Notes under the pieces: model-generated | What the model saw: only the letters and a program-made list of their open reading frames with translations | What the model was told of the DNA's origin: nothing | Databases searched by the model: none | Shown: positions 1 through 10,549 of the stretch, in pieces | How positions within the stretch are numbered: the stretch's first letter is position 1 | Layout: each line of letters starts with the position of its first letter | Position numbers and translations under genes: made by a program | DNA from: a virus | Direction: 5' to 3' (one strand) | IMG/VR virus record: IMGVR_UViG_3300030329_002114 | Span: 1-64,000 of that record | Length of the DNA stretch: 64,000 nt

Positions 1-192
1 AATCAGTATCTTGCTATGGCTAATTACAATCAAGACATTGCTAACAGAGATGCTAAGTCAGCTTGGTGGGACAGTGCATTTGGATTGGCGGGGGATATTG
101 GAGCGGCTTTCTTAACGGGAGGTGCCAGTATTCCAGCTTCATTAGCAAGCCGAGCGGTTAATGACTTAAATCTTGAAACTCCAAAAGTATAA
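1..192 (+). CDS. partial (5'-truncated) virion ejection/pilot-type protein, unit A
   Basis: Frame 1 is open to TAA at 190-192; Gly/Ala-rich hydrophobic segment (SAFGLAGDIGAAFLTGGASIP); lies upstream of the giant protein. Confidence 0.5.
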   Translation, partial: NQYLAMANYNQDIANRDAKSAWWDSAFGLAGDIGAAFLTGGASIPASLASRAVNDLNLETPKV

Positions 193-208
193 ATAAAAGG
201 ATTCGATT

Positions 209-1306
209 ATGGCGATGACAGTACCGGGACAACAAAGAAGTAACTTTAGACCAACTTGGGGTCAGAGTGATAGATTTCAAAAAGCAATACAAGCCAGATT
301 GCAACTTCAACAAAATGTTGACAAGTTACAAGCAGATCAAAGGTATCGAGATGAATCTTTAAAACTTCAAGAAAAGAGGCTTGATGAAGATTCTGCCTAC
401 AGAAAGCAAACGACACAATTTGCTCAAGAAGAAAAAACAGCAGCTAGGGAACACAGAGAAAAAATGATAGAGTTTGCCCAAGCTGAAAAAACAGCTAGGC
501 AAGAACACAGAGCAAACGTTTTGGCGCATCAAAAGACTTTGCAAACAGAAGCGATTAATGCAAATATTAGAAATGATAACTTTAGAAAATCGAAACTTGG
601 TATTGAAAGTATTAATACTTATGGCGCTAATATATTTAACGTAGACAAAGAAGGTAATATCACACTTCCGCCTGCAGTTGTAAAAGATAAAAGTGGTAAG
701 TATGTAAGAAATCCAGAATTACCTCCTCAAGTACAAGTAGATATAAAAGATAAAAGATACGTTACCTTGCAAGAGCTTTCTAATCAATTAAAAGTAAATC
801 AAGCGATAAAAGAATTTACGGGGCTAAATACTGTAAAAAGTGTAATTGAAAAGAAAAAAGTGGCAGATGCTTATGTCTTTGACCCTTTTAAATTTAGAGT
901 CACAGAGGAGAAGGGGGGTTTTTGGTTCGGAGGATTTAGCGAAAAAGATGCGCTAAATGAACTTATGAAGAAGTCCCAACATTGGAATGAAATTACCAAT
1001 ATAGTTAGCGTTCTTGAAAAAGACAACCCTAAAAGATTAGCAGTTCTTGCAGCTCTTAAAGAGTTGGCTTATGGAAAAGGTGGTTCTAAAGATGATATAA
1101 AACTCACAGGTTTGGCTGCTATTCCAACAGATAAACAGCTTCAGAGAAAAGATTTGCGGGCTGATGTCCGTTTGGGGTATGGGATGCATCTTGGTCAGCA
1201 ATACAAATATTTTCCAACTTGGGGGCCAAACAGGGACGAGTACAGACTAAAGCAAAAAACACTATCTAATATTCTAAAAGCAAGAATTGCTCAATTAGAA
1301 AAATAA
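209..1306 (+). CDS. putative internal virion/ejection protein
   Basis: 365-aa ORF with coiled-coil Q/E/K-rich N-terminus and an internal repeat (FAQEEKTA/FAQAEKTA); directly precedes the giant protein. Confidence 0.55.
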   Translation: MAMTVPGQQRSNFRPTWGQSDRFQKAIQARLQLQQNVDKLQADQRYRDESLKLQEKRLDEDSAYRKQTTQFAQEEKTAAREHREKMIEFAQAEKTARQEHRANVLAHQKTLQTEAINANIRNDNFRKSKLGIESINTYGANIFNVDKEGNITLPPAVVKDKSGKYVRNPELPPQVQVDIKDKRYVTLQELSNQLKVNQAIKEFTGLNTVKSVIEKKKVADAYVFDPFKFRVTEEKGGFWFGGFSEKDALNELMKKSQHWNEITNIVSVLEKDNPKRLAVLAALKELAYGKGGSKDDIKLTGLAAIPTDKQLQRKDLRADVRLGYGMHLGQQYKYFPTWGPNRDEYRLKQKTLSNILKARIAQLEK

Positions 1307-1312
1307 CAATAT

Positions 1313-4300
1313 ATGAACCAATACGAGTTACAGCGTTATATATCTGTATATAAACAAAATCCGTATATATTTGGTGATGACTTTGTAGATGAGATAGAAA
1401 AATCCTCTAAAGAATTTGATATTCCGTTCCAAAGAAATATAGAGGCTGAAGGTGACAAACAAGACAGTTTAGTTAATCAGTTTTTATCAGGTGTATCTTC
1501 AGGGTTTACTACATTAGGATGGGCTGAAGAGCCTACAAGCTCAGCGGGTCAAATCGCACACAGTATGGGGCATTTAATAGGCTTTGCTCCAGCTATTCTT
1601 TCAGGACCTCTAGGATTTGCGGCTAAAAGTACTGGTGTTAAGGCATTTGGGACTGCTGCAAAGTTCCTTAATAGAAAATCAGTTCCTTTCTATCTTGCTG
1701 AAAAAATAAACAAACCCATATATAAAGGCTTAACCAAAGCTGGTGTAAATGTAGACGAGTATTTAAAAAAGGGTAATGTAATTGCTGATATTGCTACTTC
1801 TGCTCAAGAATTGGGTGTAGCATCTGCAATTAGTAGCGTATGGGGTGGTACTGACGAGGTGATGGATTCCTATGTTCATGGTGCAATATTTGGTGGAGCA
1901 TTTGGATCAATCGGTAACTTTGTTAATATGGGCAAAATGATGAATTCAGCAAATCCTGCAGTTCGCAAAGGTGCTGAAGATTTTATATGGAATAAGGTTG
2001 TTAGAGCTGGACTAGGGTCAGCAGTTCAGGGTGGAATGGCAACTGCTCAAGGCGCACCAACATCTGTTCAGCTTTATGAATATTTATTAGGCGGATTTTT
2101 TGGCTATAAGCACCCAAATGCTAAAGTTAAATCTGGAAGACAATATATAGATTCTTTCTACAATAAAGAAAATCATCTTTACGGAGATAAGCTTTTTGGT
2201 AAAGAGAGAGAAATGGTTTATACAGAAGAATACAAAAACCTCGACCCCATTGCTCAAGAATATGTTACAAATCATTTTCAAAAGAGCATAGGTGAAAGAT
2301 TTAAGTATTACAATCCGCAATTAGAACTGTTTAAAGAAGATGACGCATCTGTTGCATCAGTTTTAATGAAAGCTGAATACTTAAATCATTTTAAAGAAGA
2401 AAACTTTGCAAAGCGTAGAAATGAACTTTTAGAAGAACGTAAAAAGGATAAACTATCTGAAGAGGAAGAAACATTAGCTAAGATTAGAACCTTAGATGAT
2501 ATTGACGCTGAGCACCAAAGATTGCAGATTGGAAATATAGCCGCTGAGATTACAGATAAGATAAATGGCTCTAAGGTAAAGATTTCTAATGCTAGTGATG
2601 TTGTTTATAACAAGTTAACAAAAGAGCAAAGAGAAGAAATAAAGAAAGGCAATGTAAATATCATATATGAGGTAATTAGTGGCGAACAAGATAGGACTAT
2701 GGATTTAAAAGAAGCTCGTGACATTTTAAATTTAGATAGACCAAAATCAGATCAGCTTGAAATTGATGCTCCTGTACATATACGAAATATGCTTACAGAG
2801 ATTGAGTCTAATTTAAAAGTTGATAAACCCCAATTGGATATTCTTAATGATATTATTGGTATTTACAATCAGTCTAGAAAAAACAGAGAATCCTTTAAAG
2901 AGTTCTTTAGTCAAATAGAAGTTTCTTACCCTGAATATGTTGCAACAAATAAAACAAAAAGAGAGTTAAAATCGTTTTTTAATAGGGTGTCTGAAGAAAA
3001 ACTGCATGGTCAAATTTCTTATGACCCCGTAGGTAATAAGATAGTCCAGATTAGAACTCACGACTTGAGTGGTAGAAGAGTAGCTGATAATAAACCACCA
3101 GCACCAGATGAAATCCATTTAAAAAATAAAGATTTAGAAGACCCTTTAAAGCCACCAAAAAAGCCAACAAAAAAAAGATCAAGTGACGATATTGAACAAG
3201 AGTGGCTGAATTGGATTTCAACATCTCAATATTCTCCCGATGCTGGAAAAGATATTATACGAAAAGATATAAAGGGCTTTGATGAGGTTCGTTCAAAAAT
3301 AGAATATGCCAATGCAAAAAATATTACCTACGATGAGGCAACAAATACATTCATAGATTCTAAACCCGGAACATCCCAGAAAAAAGGCAAAAAACCCTCA
3401 CAAAAGACATTACCTCCAAATTATCAGATTCAAGAATTAAAGACAGTAAAGTGGGGTGATAAAATTCTCAATCTTTATGATAAAATTTATGATAGAGTGC
3501 AGAAAAAGTTCACTAGGGTTATGAATCGCAAAAGGTGGTGGAATCTTACTCAAAAAACAAATGAGGTAAATGAGTATTATAAAATACCTAAAAAAGATAA
3601 AGGAGTAGAAAGAAAGTTTCCCTATCACCCTAAAGCAATTGAGTCTAAAAATGTAGGTGGAAAAAGAGCTTGGACTGTTAATCTTGTAGAATGGGAAAAA
3701 ATGATTTCAGAGTTAATGAAAATTGACCCCAGAACTCGTGAATTTATCCAAGCAGATTTTAAAGAATGGAACAAAGAATTTGGAGCAGGGAGCAATGCAA
3801 AAACTAAAACTCTTAAAAAGGCTTATGATATTTATCAAAAAGCTTTATTATCGAACTATCTGTACGAACCTTTTGCTCAATTTAAAAATGCTCAAGATAG
3901 AGTAAAAAGAGAAACTTTAATTGCCGCTACTGGGGTATCTCAAAAAATAATTGATAAGTACCCTAACTTTGAAATGGTTATAGTTGACGACATTCCTAGC
4001 GGTCAGCATAAAACAAATAGTAAAGGCATAGAACACGAGTTTTTTTACACAACAAAGGATGGTAAGACCTTAAGTAAAAAACGCTTATATGAGAGTGAAA
4101 TAGACGGTTATGGAGTACTTCCTACGGAGCTTTATAACGAGATATTGAGTGCAAATGGGTTTGACCCTACTACTTCTAGAATAAAGCCAACTATTGCCGC
4201 TTGGGTTAATGGTCAACTGTTTTTATTTAAAGGCGGTTTTCATCCTTCAAAAGCCGAATATGACGTTGCTTTAAAAAAGCCAAACAGAGCAATTGTAATG

Positions 4301-7300
4301 CTTAGTGCCGCCAAAGCTATGCCAAAAGGAACTCAGATTTATCACGGATTAGCTTCTAAAAACCCAGATGGCTCAGTTAAGTATGAATTCAAAAAACGAG
4401 GCACAAATAAAACTGTTAAAAATCCAAGAGCTATTAAGATTAGAATGGAAGATTTGCGAATAGACTATGGAGTTCGTGAAGATTCTCACTCTATAGAAAC
4501 TCAAACAATTAAAAAACAGTTCCACGTGTTATTAAACTCTCTACAGGTTTCTAGGGAAGGTTTTGACTCGTTAATGAATGAAGCTTTTGCTCCCAACATA
4601 GAGGGGAAAACAGAAGCAAATAGAGTTGTTAGAAGTTTATCTGAAAATCCTGAAAACCCTATTCCTGATAATTTTAGAATAAAAGATATTGGCGATAAAG
4701 AATTTGTTTATCTAGTCAACAATCCCGGTCATCCTCTGTTTAGAAAACTTTTAATGGAGATGATTAAAAAAACAAAATTTAGAGAAGTTTCCGATACTTT
4801 TGGTGAAGAAAATAGTCTTATTGAGCTTAATGATTATGTAAATAGACTTCAAAAATGGGCAAACTATTCTGATTTTAATCCTATTATTACAATGATAGAG
4901 CCTGAACTTTATCAAGATATGATTCTTCGCTACAGAAAAAATAAGTATTTATACCCAGAGTGGAAATATTCAGGTGCAATGTGGGGAGCTGGAGTTGATC
5001 CAGTTACTAAAATAAAACACGGAGCGATTAAAAAAGGCACTTTTAAATTAGGTGAGGATGCTGATATTCCTGTTAGTTGGGGGAAAAATGAGACTTTAAA
5101 AAGTCTGTGGAAAAAATATCAATCTAATTTAGAGAAACTTAAGGACCCCAAGCTTAAAAAGGATAAGAAAAAACTTGAAGCCCTTAAGACACAAACTGAA
5201 ACTATTAAAAATGATTTATTAGACATTGCGGTAATGAGAGTTCCATCTCCAGCAGTTAGTGGCACTCGAATGCTCACATTTGACGGATTTGTTAAAAATA
5301 ATGGTAAAAACAAAGATTATGGAGCTTATTTAAACCCCGAAGATCATTACTATTTAGATGGTATGGACGTAGATGGTGATAAAGTATTTATATATCAAGG
5401 TTTACCCGAAAAGTTTAGAGACACAATTAGAAAAAATAAAGATGAGCTTTCTGTTGATATAAATGGCAAAAAAGCTACTTGGGAAAATAAAGCACCAGAC
5501 TTAAATAAAGATTTTGGAACACGTGAAGCTCCTGATTTTATGAAAAGTAGAGTTAGTCAATACCTTCCCTTTGCTTTAAGAAAATCTGGAATTGCATCTT
5601 ATGATGGCAAACAAGGTATGGGTGCAGTTGTAAATGCAAAAACAGTTTTAAACTTTATGACTGCTGATATTATTGAAAATGGTGGAAAAATAACTCTTGA
5701 TTTGATTTCAAGTAAAGGCAAAAAATATGGAACTGTAACCCTTGTAACAGATGAAGCTACATTAAATGGAGTAAAAGGGTTACGAAGAATGGCGGTAGAA
5801 GCGTCGTCAAGAACTGCTGATAGTTCTGAGTATTGGGAAATGATGGATGCTTTAGAAATGAGAGACGTTCTTTTAAAAAGTGCTTTTAGAATAATCCACG
5901 CCAAAGACCTTAAAGGGAACAAAATAGATTTTAAGTATAACGATATTAAAAATACACAGTATGGTGACCTTTCTGATGTAAATAATAAGCTTTATGGCAG
6001 AGATTGGAGAAGGGATAAGGCTTGGGGTATAGAAGAAGTTCAAAGGTCAGTAGAAAACGCATCTTCTAAAGAATACAAAATGAATTCAATATTGTGGCTT
6101 GCTAATAAAATGGCTGGTAGCAGTATAGATGTTCGCTACATAAAAGGCAATAAAGCATGGAGAGAACTTGTTAAGGCTTATAATGAAGTGTGGAAATCTC
6201 CTGAAATACGTCAGTATTTTGCTAGAAAAAAGTTTAAAATAACTCCGCTTTACTTAGAAACGGATTATGTTGAACTGGAAAAAAGAGTTATGAATCTTAT
6301 CGATTCGGAAGAAAGTAAAATGCGTACTATTGACTCTATTTCTGGGAATAATCTTAGAGCAATGGGTTTAAGAAGAGATAAAAATCTCGACCCTCGTTAT
6401 CAGCAATTATTTGATCAAGCTTGGAAAGATGGAGTAATCAAGGCACATAGTCCATTAAAGGAAGCTAAATTATTAATTAACGATGCTATTGATCTTTATA
6501 GTGCCATTGTTCTTGGTAAGAAAGGTTCAGAAATACGTGATTTAATTATCCAAAGTGGAGGCACAGAAAAACAAGCATTAGACTTTTTAGGCAAGTTAGC
6601 TGAGTTTGCAGTTATTCCAAAAGTTCAATATAGAAACAGAATTCAAAAAATAAAAAAGTCTCACGATCCTATGAAATTTGCTACAGATGATGTAGATAAA
6701 AAGATAGCAGATTTTCAAAGGCAGATAAGCGAAGAAGCTAAAAAATTAAATATAGACAGACAAAAAGCATTGGATTATTTTCATTTTTATATGATAGGGT
6801 CAATATATCCTCAACCATATTCAAGCCAACATTCATTAAAGCTTTATAGGGATGCGATTGCTAAAGAAAAGAATAAGCCTACAGAAGGACCAGATAAAAC
6901 AAAATTGAGAGATGATAATTTTATAGCTTGGGCAGAATCAGTAGAGCAAAATTGGAGTAAGTACTATAACAAAACAAGTTTTACACGATTTCCATTAGAA
7001 TCTAAACAAGTTCCTGAGGGTATTAAAAAAGAGTTTATGAGTGGCTTTGGTAAAATGTGGGATGTTATTCAAAGTGACCAACCCCTTAACAAAATTAATG
7101 AATTCTCAGGAGAGGCACTATACCCTGAAACTGTTAAATCTAATCAATCTGGTTCTAGAACTAGAAAACAAATAGAAACAAAAGTTGTTCTTGAAAGATT
7201 TTTTGATAACGTCTTTAAGGGTAAGAAAATTGAAGAACTCCCTAAAGATGTTATACCTAAAGATATACCACAGGTATTAAAAGATTTAATGACTGACCTT

Positions 7301-10300
7301 AAAAGTATGCCTGAGCCTTTTTCTGTAAGAATCGAAGAATTATTTGCTGGATATACATTAGAAGCATTTGGCAAATCTAAAAAGGTATCTGATGCTACTT
7401 GGGATGATATTAGAAATTTTCAAAGATTTATTCGTAGAGCAAAGGTTTCAGCATCAAATTCGCCTAGAGTTAAAAAACTTTACTATTATTTATTTCCTGA
7501 AAGAGTTGGAGAAAAGCAATTAAAGTATGATGTAAGTCAAGTATACAAAAGAACTGTTCCTTATGAACATAAACCCGGTGATATAGCCTTTATTGATATA
7601 AGACTTCCATTTAGCACAATGCAGTATTTAAGTGAGTCTTTTAATCAGATATATAATTTTGAGAATATAGATAAAGAGTATAATCAAGAATACACACAAA
7701 GATTCTATGGGTGGCGTGATCAAATACTGGGCATGGAAAATGGCACAACAGAGTTTTCACAATTGCATAGAGCTGCGATAGCAAAGATGTTAGCTGAAAG
7801 AGAATCTGTAGGTAAACAAGGAAGTAAAGAGTCTAAAAGAGCCCGTAGAGAATTTTATAATGAGCTATGGGAAGAAAACAAACCTTTTTATGAAAGCCTT
7901 AAAGATAAAATTTATAAAATAACTGAAGGTGGAAAACTTGTAGAAAAAACTGGTGCTGAAGTAATGGAGTGGATTGTAACTAAGCACCAAGATTTTTTTA
8001 ATGGGTTTTATCAAAAATGGATAAGAGCATTAGACAGAGAAGGAAACTCTATTTGGGATAGAGTAGATACTCAAAACAAATATGGTATTATTGATGAGCT
8101 TGTAGAGTTTAATAGCTTTGGTAGAATGAACTTAGAAAAGATAAGAAAAAAGCTATTACAACCCGCATCATTTGGTAAGGGCAGCATTATAGAAAGATTG
8201 ATTAATAGTTCTTCGTTGTCTGTTGATTTGCTAAACAGAATACAATATGAAATAATTTTAGAAAATAGAGTAAAGCAAAAAGGGTATAAACCAAACTCAG
8301 TTCAAGCTAAAAAGTTCAGAGAAAGAGTTAGAAAGCCATTATTATCTAACGGAGAGTACAATCCACAATCGTATACCTCTATTGGATATGTAGATGAATT
8401 CTATTGGCCTCAGATGGATCATATGTCTACAAAGCAAAGTAGAGCAAAGGTAAGAGAGTACATTAACAATCAGATAGGGTTTCTTAGATCTGAAGTTGGT
8501 CGCTATGCAGATGATTTATTAAATGGGGTTGTTGAATCCACAGACAAGTATAGAATTAAAAAGCAATTTATTGCTCAAAACAAACAGAGTGTTGTTGAGT
8601 TATTAGAAGGAAATTTAAGCAAAGAAGAGTTTATTAACCGATTTGTTGCACTTCAGGAACTTGGATTTGAAAGAAGTTTTAATTCAAGTACGCTAGAGGA
8701 TGGAGGGGCTGGAGAATTTGCTTACAAATGGCTTGCAAGTAAAAAGAATAGCAGAAGTTCATTAGATGATATAGGGTTTAATAGTAGACCCGGCAGCGGT
8801 AGAGAAAGGGGTGAGTCTCCTATGCCAGCTTTCAGTTTGGAGTTCGATGTTGTAGAGAACTATTCATCACAATGGATTAGTTCTTTTTATAAGAATTTAA
8901 CTGCACTTGTTTCTCACGATGCTATTAACAGATTTTCACAAAAGAATGTTTTATATAAAAAAGAAGATAGAGAAGATTGGGAAATAATGATGAAACTCTA
9001 TACTCGAAATGCAATGGGGCAGTCATCTATTTTCTCTCCAGATGTTATAGGCTTGGGTAAAGATTCTTTAAAAAGAACTCAAGATTTTGTAGCTAATACA
9101 GAAAAGATATTAAAGAAGGAAGAAATAAGTTCTGAACATAGAAAACAATATGAAGATGCTAAAGAGATTCTTAAAAAGGATAAGCGATTAAAAAAGATAA
9201 GAAAGACTGCATATTTTTGGACTAGCGATCAACAATGGGCAAAGCTTTTAAATAAACTTGTTTCTAATCGAGTTGGAGAAAAGTTATTTCCAGATATACC
9301 AAAATCTCCTGAAGCCCGTCAAAGATATTTAATTGATGCAGTTAAAAACATTGGTGCTTTTGAAGCAAAATGGTCTTTAATATCACTTTTATCACACCCA
9401 AAAACAGCAGTAGGTAATCTTTTAGGTGGTAATGTTAATACTATATCAAATAATGGATTACGTCACTTTTTAAGGACAAAGGATAAACCTTTTCTGTATA
9501 ATATTTTTAAAGGTGGAAAGCTTAAAGATGGCACTGAAATAACCCCTGACAATGTTTCTACTTGGCTAAATAGATTTGCTGAAGAATCAGGCGCATTAGA
9601 GTCTTTTATTGTATCTGAAGCATCTCTTGAAAGAGGGTTTAGAGGTAAAAAGGTAAATAACTTTTTATCTGAGTTTATAGAAGAAGTTAGAAAAGATTAT
9701 TCTATGCCAGATCAATCTTTGTACGACATTGCTAAAAAACACGGTATAAACAAAGCATTCGTAGATGGTGGTGCTTGGTTTATGAGAAAATCTGAAAGAA
9801 TATTAAGACGAGATTCTTTTCTTTCGCATTATTTAGCTAACTATGAAATACTAAAGGACATAGTGCCTAATCTTAAATATGATAACCCCTATCTAATAAG
9901 AATGGCAACAGAAGGTGTTAAAGCAACTCAATTTTTATATCACGCATCAGCTAGACCAGCATTTTCAGCAACATCAACAGGGAAGATTTTAACTAGATTT
10001 ATGCCTTTTGCTTGGAATTCAATAAGATTTAGAAGGCTAGCGTTTCAAAGAGCTGCAACATACGGTTTTGATATGAACACACTTCCGGGTAGAAGACTTC
10101 AAAGAATCTTAACACTTGATATGCTTACTTTTGCATTAGCTAATATATTTACTTCATCAATTTTTGATTCAGCATTACCACCTCCTATGTCTTATTTGCA
10201 AGATACTGCTGATTGGGTATTTGGTGACGAAAAAATGAGAGAAAGGGCTTTCTTTAACCAATGGCCTCATCCTGCACTAGCACCATTATCAACAATAACG

Positions 10301-10549
10301 GGTCCTTCACTAAGGTTGGTTTTAGCACCTACTAAAGCTTTAATAAATAACGATTGGGAACCCTTTTTAAACTATCAAGCTTGGACACTTGCTCCTTTTG
10401 GTAGGTTTGCAAGAAGTTTATATAGAACTGCAGAAGTCCCTGAAATGTGGGTAGAAGAACTGACTGGTTTTCCTATACATAGATTAGCACAGAAAATGAA
10501 AAAGGCACGCAAAGAAACAGAAGAAGAATTAACTGAGGTAGAAATCTAA
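1313..10549 (+). CDS. giant virion protein, putative virion-packaged single-chain two-barrel RNA polymerase (unit A)
   Basis: 3078 aa; EIDGYG, MRVP and DGMDVDGD (DxDGD at nt 5366-5380) motifs in order; Gly-rich N-terminal region; last large gene of the late module; collinear with 49931..59023. Confidence 0.8.
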   Translation: MNQYELQRYISVYKQNPYIFGDDFVDEIEKSSKEFDIPFQRNIEAEGDKQDSLVNQFLSGVSSGFTTLGWAEEPTSSAGQIAHSMGHLIGFAPAILSGPLGFAAKSTGVKAFGTAAKFLNRKSVPFYLAEKINKPIYKGLTKAGVNVDEYLKKGNVIADIATSAQELGVASAISSVWGGTDEVMDSYVHGAIFGGAFGSIGNFVNMGKMMNSANPAVRKGAEDFIWNKVVRAGLGSAVQGGMATAQGAPTSVQLYEYLLGGFFGYKHPNAKVKSGRQYIDSFYNKENHLYGDKLFGKEREMVYTEEYKNLDPIAQEYVTNHFQKSIGERFKYYNPQLELFKEDDASVASVLMKAEYLNHFKEENFAKRRNELLEERKKDKLSEEEETLAKIRTLDDIDAEHQRLQIGNIAAEITDKINGSKVKISNASDVVYNKLTKEQREEIKKGNVNIIYEVISGEQDRTMDLKEARDILNLDRPKSDQLEIDAPVHIRNMLTEIESNLKVDKPQLDILNDIIGIYNQSRKNRESFKEFFSQIEVSYPEYVATNKTKRELKSFFNRVSEEKLHGQISYDPVGNKIVQIRTHDLSGRRVADNKPPAPDEIHLKNKDLEDPLKPPKKPTKKRSSDDIEQEWLNWISTSQYSPDAGKDIIRKDIKGFDEVRSKIEYANAKNITYDEATNTFIDSKPGTSQKKGKKPSQKTLPPNYQIQELKTVKWGDKILNLYDKIYDRVQKKFTRVMNRKRWWNLTQKTNEVNEYYKIPKKDKGVERKFPYHPKAIESKNVGGKRAWTVNLVEWEKMISELMKIDPRTREFIQADFKEWNKEFGAGSNAKTKTLKKAYDIYQKALLSNYLYEPFAQFKNAQDRVKRETLIAATGVSQKIIDKYPNFEMVIVDDIPSGQHKTNSKGIEHEFFYTTKDGKTLSKKRLYESEIDGYGVLPTELYNEILSANGFDPTTSRIKPTIAAWVNGQLFLFKGGFHPSKAEYDVALKKPNRAIVMLSAAKAMPKGTQIYHGLASKNPDGSVKYEFKKRGTNKTVKNPRAIKIRMEDLRIDYGVREDSHSIETQTIKKQFHVLLNSLQVSREGFDSLMNEAFAPNIEGKTEANRVVRSLSENPENPIPDNFRIKDIGDKEFVYLVNNPGHPLFRKLLMEMIKKTKFREVSDTFGEENSLIELNDYVNRLQKWANYSDFNPIITMIEPELYQDMILRYRKNKYLYPEWKYSGAMWGAGVDPVTKIKHGAIKKGTFKLGEDADIPVSWGKNETLKSLWKKYQSNLEKLKDPKLKKDKKKLEALKTQTETIKNDLLDIAVMRVPSPAVSGTRMLTFDGFVKNNGKNKDYGAYLNPEDHYYLDGMDVDGDKVFIYQGLPEKFRDTIRKNKDELSVDINGKKATWENKAPDLNKDFGTREAPDFMKSRVSQYLPFALRKSGIASYDGKQGMGAVVNAKTVLNFMTADIIENGGKITLDLISSKGKKYGTVTLVTDEATLNGVKGLRRMAVEASSRTADSSEYWEMMDALEMRDVLLKSAFRIIHAKDLKGNKIDFKYNDIKNTQYGDLSDVNNKLYGRDWRRDKAWGIEEVQRSVENASSKEYKMNSILWLANKMAGSSIDVRYIKGNKAWRELVKAYNEVWKSPEIRQYFARKKFKITPLYLETDYVELEKRVMNLIDSEESKMRTIDSISGNNLRAMGLRRDKNLDPRYQQLFDQAWKDGVIKAHSPLKEAKLLINDAIDLYSAIVLGKKGSEIRDLIIQSGGTEKQALDFLGKLAEFAVIPKVQYRNRIQKIKKSHDPMKFATDDVDKKIADFQRQISEEAKKLNIDRQKALDYFHFYMIGSIYPQPYSSQHSLKLYRDAIAKEKNKPTEGPDKTKLRDDNFIAWAESVEQNWSKYYNKTSFTRFPLESKQVPEGIKKEFMSGFGKMWDVIQSDQPLNKINEFSGEALYPETVKSNQSGSRTRKQIETKVVLERFFDNVFKGKKIEELPKDVIPKDIPQVLKDLMTDLKSMPEPFSVRIEELFAGYTLEAFGKSKKVSDATWDDIRNFQRFIRRAKVSASNSPRVKKLYYYLFPERVGEKQLKYDVSQVYKRTVPYEHKPGDIAFIDIRLPFSTMQYLSESFNQIYNFENIDKEYNQEYTQRFYGWRDQILGMENGTTEFSQLHRAAIAKMLAERESVGKQGSKESKRARREFYNELWEENKPFYESLKDKIYKITEGGKLVEKTGAEVMEWIVTKHQDFFNGFYQKWIRALDREGNSIWDRVDTQNKYGIIDELVEFNSFGRMNLEKIRKKLLQPASFGKGSIIERLINSSSLSVDLLNRIQYEIILENRVKQKGYKPNSVQAKKFRERVRKPLLSNGEYNPQSYTSIGYVDEFYWPQMDHMSTKQSRAKVREYINNQIGFLRSEVGRYADDLLNGVVESTDKYRIKKQFIAQNKQSVVELLEGNLSKEEFINRFVALQELGFERSFNSSTLEDGGAGEFAYKWLASKKNSRSSLDDIGFNSRPGSGRERGESPMPAFSLEFDVVENYSSQWISSFYKNLTALVSHDAINRFSQKNVLYKKEDREDWEIMMKLYTRNAMGQSSIFSPDVIGLGKDSLKRTQDFVANTEKILKKEEISSEHRKQYEDAKEILKKDKRLKKIRKTAYFWTSDQQWAKLLNKLVSNRVGEKLFPDIPKSPEARQRYLIDAVKNIGAFEAKWSLISLLSHPKTAVGNLLGGNVNTISNNGLRHFLRTKDKPFLYNIFKGGKLKDGTEITPDNVSTWLNRFAEESGALESFIVSEASLERGFRGKKVNNFLSEFIEEVRKDYSMPDQSLYDIAKKHGINKAFVDGGAWFMRKSERILRRDSFLSHYLANYEILKDIVPNLKYDNPYLIRMATEGVKATQFLYHASARPAFSATSTGKILTRFMPFAWNSIRFRRLAFQRAATYGFDMNTLPGRRLQRILTLDMLTFALANIFTSSIFDSALPPPMSYLQDTADWVFGDEKMRERAFFNQWPHPALAPLSTITGPSLRLVLAPTKALINNDWEPFLNYQAWTLAPFGRFARSLYRTAEVPEMWVEELTGFPIHRLAQKMKKARKETEEELTEVEI

